DNA from: Octopus sinensis
Lineage: Eukaryota
Direction: 5' to 3'
Assembly (NCBI RefSeq): GCF_006345805.1
Contig: NW_021832232.1
Span: 1-33,000 of the forward strand
DNA length: 33,000 nt
The notes under the pieces were generated by a model that did no database searches, had not been told where the DNA came from, and worked only from the letters and a program-made list of their open reading frames with translations. Below, piece by piece: positions 24,560-33,000 of this stretch. Numbering within the stretch: the stretch's first letter is position 1; each line of letters begins with the position of its first letter. The translations under genes and the position numbers were made by a program.

Positions 24560-24836
24560 TCAAAAAATATGCTTATGTTTTGGATTCTTTCTTTTTCTCT
24601 TGCCTTTAAGACTAATAAGCAATTGTTCGCGTGCAATGTTCTGGAGATTTGGGGTGGATGTTTTCCAAGACATTTTACCATCGCGAGACGTGCGGATTAT
24701 TTCAAAATCAAGTATCATCTCTGCCATGAATGAACAGACAATGTTAAAGCATGATGAAGGGATTATTAAACAGACTATCTCAACCTGTACTCAGACAGTG
24801 AATTAAACCAGGATTTTTCACCTGTGAATCGGCCAT
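24560..24836 (-). CDS. Candidate 79-aa orphan protein with basic C-terminus (2 exons)
   Basis: ACCATGG start context. MADSQ plus a 37-nt GT-AG intron (24785-24821) plus a 225-nt exon ending LKGKRKRKNPKHKHIF*. No family recognised. Confidence 0.2.
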
Positions 24837-25276
24837 GGTAACGACTCAATTGTTGTATTACTGTAAAAAAGAAACTTGATCTACTCATGTTAAGAAAATT
24901 GAGAAAAGACAAAAAGAATTTGAAGCTACAATCCATTCAAGCCAATATCACCAAATCAAGTATAGTACAAGACACTTGAAATTTTAAATGATTTTAAATC
25001 GTAAAATCGTAAACAGCCCTTACGCGAATGTAAACGACATGTTGAAATATCTCGCTCCGGCCGACCACACTTTTTTATAGAAAGAACAAGAAAGAAAGAG
25101 AACATGTTACCAAGGAACTAACTAATCCAAACAAAGTCATTTTTCTCGTCTGCTCTATTTTGTCCCCTCATTTTTGTTGTGTGGCCGATTAATACATCCG
25201 GTATGATTGGGAAAATATAATTTGTGCAATGTTATCATCAGAAAAGATATACAAACCTATTCCTTATCACTGCCGC

Positions 25277-25360
25277 GTAATTTTACATTTAAAGAATCCG
25301 ATTTCTGGTTGAAAGAATTTATGAAACGGTATGGCTTTCTCTGATGAAAGGGACTACTTT
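25277..25360 (+). mobile_element. Remnant of a pogo/Tigger-like transposase HTH (CENP-B type)
   Basis: TFKESDFWLKEFMKRYGF followed by frameshifted SLMKGTT resembles the FKAS.GWL..FMKR.GLS.R..T motif. Confidence 0.4.
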
Positions 25361-25547
25361 TTAAATTTAAAGATAATTAAATTATCAAAAAACCTTTGGT
25401 TTCAAGTAATTTCACATGCTCAATTCATTTAGACACCCTCAAAAGTTTTAGCGTAATCGCATTTATTTTATTAACTATTGCGTCTAGAGTCATGGGAAAT
25501 GGGACGGGTCTTCATTTTCAGTAATTATATTATTAACACATATTGCG

Positions 25548-26075
25548 TTACCCACAACTTGTGTGGTCCGCTTGTGCCATCCTCTTTATCATCCCCTTTA
25601 CGGAAGTTTCCCACTTCCCTCTGTGTTTAGCCCTTTTTCGCATTTCGTCGAGAACTTCAGCAAATCGTAGACCTGTGTTTAATAGAGATAAATCTTCTTT
25701 TAGCACTACTGATAGATGATGTCTAGGCCTTCCTCTAAATTTGGGGGGGAACTCTTGTAATTTGAAAATGATTTTTGGTAAATCACCGACGTTGCATAGA
25801 AGCACTGGTATCATGTAGGTATTATATAACCTTAGTCGAAGTTTCAGGCTTACCTGTTTTTGCTGATCCAGATATTCATCAATTTTTTGAAGGCACCGGC
25901 AGCTAATATTTTTCTGTAAAGAATATCTTCAGTATCTCTCAGTAGTGTTTGCAGCTTCTTTTTCTACTTTTATTTTTCTTCTATGAGTAGTTTTCATTTC
26001 AATTGAGATGAATTCTGTTTTTTCGATGTCTGTTTAACAACCATTTGCTAAGAATCTGTTTGGTTTTATGTAGGA
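25548..26075 (-). mobile_element. Old degraded LINE, 3' segment (post-RT and C-terminus of ORF2)
   Basis: KTEFISI..EDILYRKILAAGAFKKLMNIW..SLKLRLRLYNTYMIPVLLCN..KFRGRPRHHLSVVLKEDL..AKHRGKW are typical C-terminal motifs of APE-type (RTE-like) ORF2. Contains stops and frameshifts. Confidence 0.75.
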
Positions 26076-26187
26076 CTAGCTCGGCAGCTCGCTTCGCTCA
26101 CCGCGACCTAGCTCCTGCGGAGGGCCTGTTTCATCAAACAACTATAAGTTTATGTAGATGTATAAAACTACCTGGTTTAATGTAACC

Positions 26188-26652
26188 CTATTCTATCGCC
26201 TGTTGATAAACGATGTTTGTCGTCCGTCCTTCCTTGGCATATATGAATAAATTTTCTCTTCTGCCTACCCTCGAGCATCCCACATACAGCTGTCCATGTG
26301 AAAAGCACTCACTCTCTAAAAATAACCCAACTACCTTTAATGACTGTCCCTGGGCCTTGTTTATTGTCATTGCAAAACTCATCCTCAAAGGAAATTGCAG
26401 CCTTTTAAATCTAAATGGTAATTCATCAGAAATTATCGGAATTCGTGGAATATAAACATCCTCACCTCTATACTTACCTGTGAATATCGTCGCCTCTATT
26501 ACGTTAGCCATCAAATTTTTGATAACTAACCTCGTTCCGTTGCATAATTTAGGTGGCGCAAGATTTCGTAATAAAACCACTGGAACGCCTATCTTTAACT
26601 TTAAAAGATGATTCGGCATTCCAGAGGGATCTAAGGAGTTTAAAAATTCAAT
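26188..26652 (-). pseudogene. C-terminal fragment of the Helitron RepHel PIF1-like helicase
   Basis: [83 protein letters not shown]. The upstream part of the listed ORF is T-rich low-complexity sequence, and the Rep domain and Walker motifs are absent. Confidence 0.93.
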
Positions 26653-26886
26653 CCGGTTGAATTTGTAGAAAATAACAAAAAAAATAAAAAAAACAAATAA
26701 AAATAAATAATTTAAAAACAAAAGAAATGAAAAAACTTTAAAAATTTGTAAAAAAGTATAAACAAAAAAAATCTCTGCCGCCACGGCAACAACCTGTCTA
26801 ATTTTTTTAACAGCCAGTTAAGATAATGCTTAAGAGCCTTTATAGTCCGGAGATTTAGCTTAGTGACCTTGATTAGACAAACCACT

Positions 26887-26961
26887 GGCGGAGATGGGGC
26901 AGCCGGAGATGGGGCAGCCGGAGATGGGGCAGCCGGAGATGCGGCAGGCGGAGATGCGGCA
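26887..26961. repeat. GC-rich 15-bp tandem repeat, 5 copies, inside the Helitron
   Basis: G(G/C)CGGAGATG(G/C)GGCA x5. Confidence 0.95.
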
Positions 26962-27029
26962 GGCAGAGTAGCAGCAGCCAAAAAAGCGACACACAAAAAA
27001 GATTTAATTAATTACCTTAAGCTGACCGT

Positions 27030-27268
27030 TTTTTCTTCAGCTTCGTTTTTCCTCCTTCGGTTATCTATTTAAAAAATTATTTTTGAATAATAAAAAATAT
27101 TAGGAAAAAAGAGGCATACAGAAAATAAATTCTATCTTTACGAAAAACTTCTTTTCTTAAGGTCGTCTTCCCTCCTTCAGTTATCTATTGAAAAAATTAT
27201 TTTTGAATAATAAAAAAGTTTAGGAAAAGAGGCATACCGAAAATAAATTCTATCTTTACGAAAAACTT
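27030..27268. repeat. ~120-bp tandem duplication inside the Helitron
   Basis: Two diverged copies, each ending AAATAAATTCTATCTTTACGAAAAACTT (at 27150 and 27268). Confidence 0.9.
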
Positions 27269-27608
27269 AACTAAATAGTTAATATTTTTACGCAAATTCT
27301 TCTGATTGCGCTGTCAATTGGTGGTAAATTGTGTTAATGATTTTGCTAATGTGGTTTCAACTATCAAAGTGTTTTTCAAAATCTGTTAATTGCACACTCT
27401 ATTCAAGGTCGTGCAATCTGTAATTGCACATTCTGTCAAAGTCAAATATGATAATAGGTTTAATTTTGAATGGTATATGCATTTAATTTTAAAGAGAAAA
27501 TCATAAGATGAATTGAATTCTTTATCGCGAATAATTGGGAGTTCATCATTGTTAATATTCTCGCTGTCGTTTTCATCAAGGATATTCTTAATACGTGAGA
27601 TTTTTAAT

Positions 27609-28200
27609 GGACCTCATCATGAATGTCGAGGACATTAACGTTGTTCATTTTAATCAAATGCAGAAAATAATTTTTTGATTTTTTGGCGGATAGGTTTTAA
27701 GGACCTCATCATGTAAGTCGAGGACATTGTAGTTGTTCATTTTAACCAAAATGCAGAAAATTTTTTAATTTTTTTTGGGGGGAAGGTTTTAAGGACCTCA
27801 TCATGTAAGTCGAGGACATCGTAGTTGTTCATTTTAACCAAAATGCAGAAAATTTTTTTTTAATTTTTTTTGGGGGGAAGGTTTTAAGGACTTCATCATG
27901 TAAGTCGAGGACATTGTAGTTGTTCATTTTAACAAAAACGCAGAAAATAATTTTTTTTAATTTTTTGGCTTGAAGGTTTTGGGGGACCTCATCATGAATG
28001 TCGAGGACATTAACGTTGTTAATTTTAATCAAATGCAGAAAATAATTTTTTGATTTTTTGGCGGATAGGTTTTAAGGACCTCATCATGTAAGTCGAGGAC
28101 ATTGTAGTTGTTCATTTTAACCAAAATGCAGAAAATTTTTTTTTAATTTTTTTTGGGGGGGAAGGTTTTAAGGACCTCATCATGTAAGTCGAGGACATCG
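27609..28200. repeat. 92-96-bp minisatellite, ~6.3 copies, in the Helitron 5' subterminal region
   Basis: Units start GGAC(C/T)TCATCATG at 27609, 27701, 27793, 27888, 27984, 28076 and 28172. Confidence 0.95.
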
Positions 28201-28292
28201 TATTGCCAATTTGAAGTTGGTGTGCACACACAGACAGACACACACCATACCATTTTATTATTAAGATTATGTTTAGGCAGCTTCCAAGTATA

Positions 28293-28940
28293 AGTTAAGT
28301 TAAGCCATATTCAGCCGATTCCGGCCATTGCCGATTCTGTAAGACTAGTCCCTCCACGAAACTCTATCCCCCACCAGCTCTGCTATTTCCGACAAATGAT
28401 GCCCGGTAAGTTTCACTACTTCAGATGTCCAGTTTAGTTTCGGTCAGTGTCCAAGATTGACAGCCATAGAGAAAAACGGTTCGCAATTTAACTCCTCCAT
28501 GACTTTCTCCGTGTAAATATTAAACAGTAGCGGGGATAGAATACAGCCTTGTCGGACGCCCCTCCCAATACCGAAACAGTCTGTGTCTCCATAAGGAGTC
28601 CGCACAAAACCCTCTTGGTCAGTATAAAGAGATTTTATTATTGATATGAGATGATGAGGAATTCCAAATTCTTTCAGGACGGACCGAAGTTTCACGTGAG
28701 ATACGCAATCAAAAGCCTTGTGATAGTCAATGAAACACATGAAAAGAGGCTTCTGGGATTCACGGGATTTTTCCAAAATCCATCGAAGGCTGGAGATGTG
28801 ATCTCTCGTAACGCGACCACGTCTAAAACCAGCTTGATAATTTGAAAGAATCTTTTCTGAGATTGGAGATAGACGTTGTTTTATTATCGTCAGGAGTATT
28901 TTGCTAACATGAGATATGAGAGCAATTGTGCGGTAATTCG
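28293..28940 (-). mobile_element. 5'-truncated, internally deleted RTE (BovB-like) LINE with 30-bp TSD
   Basis: SNYRTIALISHVSKILL..QAGFRRGRVTRDHI..EKSRESQKPLFMCFIDYHKAFDCVSH..GVRQGCILSPLLFNIY is joined directly to C-terminal LNWTSEV..DRVSWR..RLNMA*, followed by a (TTAAC)-type tail. It is flanked by AGGATTATGTTTAGGCAGCTTCCAAGTATA (right copy 28941-28970; left copy split by the Helitron). Confidence 0.9.
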
Positions 28941-28970
28941 AGGATTATGTTTAGGCAGCTTCCAAGTATA

Positions 28971-29589
28971 CAATGAATAAAATCGGAGATAGTGTATCTC
29001 CTTGGGGGCTTCCAGTATTAGTGATAAATTTTCAAAATTGTGTCATCCCAAGCTTTATACAAAGAAAAAGCTTTTGATAGAGTAGCCGGATTTTTGTAGA
29101 CTGTTTTCATCAACAATAAGTAAATCGAGTAGTTTATTCCAATCAATCCAATCGGACGCTTTGCTTAGTTTAATTACGAGGATATGGATCGCAACTTTAT
29201 ACTTCTGACACAACGCAACAAACCGACGATGGCTTTATATTGCATCGGCAGGAAAAAATTACTTTGCCTCAAAGACAGATAGACAGATTTGGATATTATT
29301 TCAAATACAATTATCAACAGGTATTCTTTTGTAGTAGTTAGCAGAACTATCAGCCTCAGGTTTATCAGGTCACCCCTGTTTTTTCCTGGCTTTTGGATAA
29401 AGATTAATTTTTGGTGAATGATCTCAGAAACTTCGTCTATATCACCCCATCCTGAATCGGAAGTAATTTCTAGTTGGATCATTGATGTGATTTATGATAA
29501 AGACAGTAAAATGAGTTCATTCAGAATTAGAAAGCTAAAATGATTGAATTTAGTTGAAGGAATCAAATCCAATCGCCTATACTATAGGC
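28971..29589 (-). mobile_element. Old degraded LINE, RT segment (continuation of 25548-26075)
   Basis: IQKPGKNRGDLINLRLIVLL, KASDWIDWNKLL and FITNTGSPQGDTLSPILFIVYLEAA are RT motifs. The YLEAA codons are the RTE target duplication itself. The part beyond ~29480 is weakly supported. Confidence 0.7.
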
Positions 29590-31945
29590 CAGGGGTCGGC
29601 AAATACTTTTGGAGAAGAGCCAATTTTGAACATTTTTGGAAATTTCGAAAAATTGAAGAGCCACCTTTTACCACTTGTCAAAAATTTAAATTCATAAAAT
29701 TAAATAGACATTAATTTAAAAAATAATTAAGAATTCATTTTAAAAAATAAAATTAATTAGACGCATTAATTAGACGTGATTCCTCATTTCTTTGGAGAGT
29801 TGGTTAATGTCTGGGTCGTAAGTCGTTAATTTTAATCTGAGGTTAGATTCCAAATTCGAATCTGTAATTTTGTTCCTTAATTTCGATTTTATATAATTCA
29901 TATGAGAAAAACTTTGTTCACACATATAAGTGGACCCGAATATTGTCAAAATTCCGTATGCAAATTTTTTTAATTCATAATAAGAATCTGGAAGAGAATT
30001 CAAGTTTCGAGAATCCCATCTTCAAGTTTCTTTTGTATAACATTAATATCATTTTTAATTTTACCAGACAATGTTTCTGTTTCAAGGTTTCAAGTAATTC
30101 TGAAAGGCGAATAAATTTTGATGCCCATAATTCCTTACATGTCAAGTCCAATAGCTGCATTTCGAACTCAGCTGCGTTGATTTCAAATGGCAATAATTTT
30201 AAATTGCTGACTTTAGCACATAGAGGGTTTATAACGAACCATAGTGTTGCTTTTTCTTTTCTAAAATCCTTAAACCTTTTTATATTTAAACATTCATTTT
30301 TAACCTGTCATTGAAAGATTCCTTCATATACAAAAGAGAATTTTTAAAATAAGTTTTATTTATAGTTCGATCATTTTCTTTCAAATATTGGCGTAATTTA
30401 GGAAAATGTAAAATATTTTGTTCTATATCCTCTTTTAACAGAATTAATTTTTTTCAAATAATATCACTTCCTCATACATGAAAAATGCAATATTTCCACT
30501 CCTTTACAATTTTTAATTAAGTTTGTTTAATTCTGATGTTATGTCAACCATAAAATAGAATTTCTGCAGCCATTGGTCATCACTTAATTCGTCATAATGA
30601 ATTTTTTTTTCATTTAAAAAAAGTTTGACTTCTTGTATACAAGAAGCAAACCGATTGAAAACGTTCCCTCTCGAAAGCCAGCGAACTTTGTTGTATTGAA
30701 GTAGATCAATATACTCGTTGTTGGTTTCGTTTAACAACTCTTTAAATAGCCGATGATCAAGTCCCTTAAATATATAATAAATAATATATTACTCTTGATA
30801 TAATGAAGTTAGTAATCTTTATGACCAATTCCATCACTTCTAAAATTTCTTTCGGAAACGTTTGCGCAGATAGTACTTCTTTGTGGATAATACAATGTAG
30901 AGTAATCACTTCATAATCAATTCTCCTTTTAATTAAAGTTATAAATCCCTTTCTCGATCCCAGCATGCTTGCAGCACCGTCAGTTGAAATTGAAACGATT
31001 TTATTAAGAGGAATATAATTCGTTTCAAAATATTCTACGACTGCGCCAACAAGATCTTCACCACGGGTTTGACCCTTTAGAGGCAATAATGCCAAAAGTT
31101 CTTGCCTCAGGAAACCTCGAGACACATAACGAACAAACAGAGACACCTAAGTATGACATGAACAATGATACTTGTGCAATGTCATTTATATCACATGATT
31201 CATCTATTGCTATTGAAATTGAATTAGACAATTTCATGTCAGAAACTTGTTGAACAGATACATTCGAAGACATCTTAAAAGTCCTGTCGGCTACTATTTT
31301 CGCAGATAAAGGTATATTCATTATCTTATTCACGATTTCTGCCTTATTTGAAAAATCGTGAAAAAGTTCTTCAGAGGTTTTAATGAAACATGCCTTTATA
31401 AATTCGCCATCGGTAAATGGTTTTCCCCTTTTTGCGATCTCGTGGCTTATCAAAAAACTGGCAATATTTGCAGTCCTGGCATTGTGATACCAATATTTAA
31501 AAGCGAAATTCTCAATCTGATTATTCTTTGCAAGTTCTTCTACAGCTTTCTTTCGGGAATCACCAATTGGATATTTTTTGCGAAATTTGAGTGTTTTGTG
31601 TTAAAGTGTCTCTCTAAATTTGACTTTTTATTTTGATTCAAAGTTTCCTGGCAAATGAGACATTTCGGTAGTTGTGTTTGAAGACGTGAATGCAAAATTC
31701 AGTCCATTTTGATTGAAAATGTCGCGCATTATCGATTTTTTATTAATTTTTTATTGCTAGGAATATATCGATGTACCACAAAAAATTAATGTTAAACGTG
31801 CAAAGATTTTTTGTTATTAACAAAACAAAAAAAATAGTTAAAAATTAAAATCATTTATTAAAAAAAATAGTTAAAAATTGAAAGAGCCTACCGTAAGAGT
31901 TAAAGAGCCTTCAAAGGCTCGCGAGCCTGCTTTTGCCGACCCCTG
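29590..31945 (-). mobile_element. Full-length hAT DNA transposon, 2356 bp
   Basis: Perfect 14-bp TIRs CAGGGGTCGGCAAA (29590-29603) and TTTGCCGACCCCTG (31932-31945). 8-bp TSD CTATAGGC at 29582-29589 and 31946-31953. Subterminal GAGCC repeats at both ends. Confidence 0.96.
29770..31730 (-). pseudogene. hAT transposase (GTF2IRD2/EPM2AIP1-like) with three micro-introns, several frameshifts and two in-frame stops
   Basis: Zinc finger LPKCLICQETL..ERHFNTKH; EIAKRGKPFTDGEFIK; catalytic DESCD; STDGAASM; LHCIIH; VRWLSRG; hATC domain FGSTYMCEQSFS. Introns at 31147-31171, 30765-30792 and 30276-30304. Two TAA stops near 30507-30515. Frameshifts near 31700, 31580, 30450 and 30050-30000. Confidence 0.92.
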
Positions 31946-31953
31946 CTATAGGC

Positions 31954-32390
31954 AATAAACTCTGGAATTCTGAGAATAATTAATACCCTGTAAAGCCAAA
32001 AATCTGGAATTGAAATTTTTTTAATTTTTTGGTGAATGATCTCAGAAACTTCATCTATGGAATTGAAATTGAGGGCAAAAGTTATTACAAATGTGGCAAG
32101 GCTTATTCTCTTAACTCGAAAAACTAGTGAGCATCATTTCTAGTAAAATGAGTTACAGCGACTCAGAAGATCCGTGAGTCATACAGAGCTTTACTCTGAT
32201 CCTCGATTTTTTCGATGTCTATCATAGTTGTGAGTTCTAAAGAGAGGCCATTTCAATTTCTGTGATATGTTTAAAGCAGCCAAGTCGTCAATAAGACCAA
32301 AATAAAGAACGGCAAAATTATCAAAAAATTTGTTTATTATTTTTTCAAACAATTCAAAGTTATACTGATTTGAATTAAACAAGGTTTTTA
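31954..32390 (-). mobile_element. Possible further upstream remnant of the old LINE
   Basis: Degraded frame MIDIEKIEDQSKALYDSRIF*VAV..FTR weakly resembles the EN-RT spacer of ORF2. It lies directly across the hAT TSD from the RT segment. Confidence 0.3.
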
Positions 32391-32480
32391 AATTATAATA
32401 TTATTGGATTTATAAATTGTTTGTCATTTTATATTCCCAGTAAAATAATAAACAATATAATTTATCGTGCATTGAATTTA

Positions 32481-33000
32481 ATGTCGTTGCGATACTCAAA
32501 AAGATCTATGTGTCAATATATCCAACTTTTATTAATAATTTTAGTGTGAAAGTGGACAATGACCAAACAACAGACGATTTAGAGAAGGTCGATGACCAGA
32601 GCATATTCCGGTATCTTATTAATTATATTTTAACAAGATTTGTCCTCCCTTTAGACTGTGCCTGTTTTGCAGGGAACGAAGGAAACACTCTTTCTGAACG
32701 AATCAACCAAGATTTGGCAACTATCAAACTTCTCCCGCCATTCAATAATAATGAGAGGGTTAGGACATTTCAACACGGTGATAGATTGTCGATATTCGCG
32801 GAGATTTGAAGAATTGTGAGAATTCACTTCGCAATTTCTTTGAGATTCTTTTTGAGGAAGAAAAGTCTGTTTTTTGGGCAAGAATCCTACTTCCATTAAA
32901 AATTTTACATACATATTTTGGAGGGTTAAGAAATATGATTAATGTTCCAAAAATTCTCGAATCTTTCAGCCAAGATACAGTTATTAGACCAATCAGGTTC
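32481..33000 (+). CDS. Probable divergent KH-domain RNA-binding protein (hnRNP K/PCBP-like), 5' part; runs off the window
   Basis: ATG at 32481. GT-AG introns 32510-32544 (35 nt), 32611-32637 (27 nt) and 32759-32784 (26 nt) give an open frame to the window end: R|FVLPLDCACFAGNEGNTLSERINQDLATIKLLPPFNNNER|IVDIRGDLKNCENSLRNFFEIL..ARILLP. Spacing and the ERIV.I.G element resemble a type I KH fold. The gene model is firmer than the product call. Confidence 0.5.

Larger units (their letters stand above)
26076..28266 (-). mobile_element. Non-autonomous Helitron, 2191 bp, both termini present
   Basis: 5' end TCTTAATAATAAAATGG..GTGTGTCTGTCTGTG at 28266. 3' end is an imperfect GCGAAGC-centred hairpin followed by CTAG at 26079-26076. 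It is inserted between A and T with no TSD, and removing it restores a 30-bp repeat. Confidence 0.9.

Noticed and set aside
26712-27072. ORFs 26712-26996 (-) and 26863-27072 (+) as real genes
   Set aside because: Both are open because of a stop-free 15-bp repeat inside a Helitron.
27609-28200. Tandem array as a CRISPR array
   Set aside because: Eukaryotic context; the inter-repeat sequence is itself repeated rather than unique spacers, and there are no cas genes.
29943-31636. + strand ORFs 29943-30314 and 31358-31636
   Set aside because: Antisense shadows of the hAT transposase.
32651-32914. Minus-strand ORF as a LINE endonuclease continuation
   Set aside because: No APE motifs; the + strand spliced model with three well-formed introns explains the region better.
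1-33000. tRNA, rRNA, snRNA or snoRNA genes
   Set aside because: None recognised by eye; a covariance-model scan would be needed to exclude them.

Overview
AT-rich eukaryotic (metazoan) genomic DNA in the standard genetic code: genes end in TAA, TAG and TGA. Its main feature is very short spliceosomal introns, mostly 22-35 nt. Host genes: a two-LIM cysteine-rich/muscle LIM protein (2445-3036, -); a full-length midasin/MDN1 broken by dozens of micro-introns (5990-22820, +); a clathrin light chain (23585-24400, +); and the 5' part of a probable degenerate KH-domain gene (32481 to the window end, +). From about 25.5 to 32.4 kb there is a nest of transposons whose insertion order can be partly read. 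An old LINE is interrupted by a 5'-truncated RTE LINE with a 30-bp target duplication, and a 2.2-kb non-autonomous Helitron splits that duplication. A 2356-bp hAT element (14-bp TIRs, 8-bp TSD) sits in or beside the same old LINE. The most unusual observation is that the hAT transposase carries three host-sized micro-introns (25, 28 and 29 nt). Further oddities are GC-AG micro-introns lacking donor consensus, evidence for a lower size limit on introns, and many stop-less 3n introns. The organism is not identified; the intron sizes suggest a compact-genome parasite such as a dicyemid, orthonectid or myxozoan (inference). Gene models were read by hand, and no searches were run.
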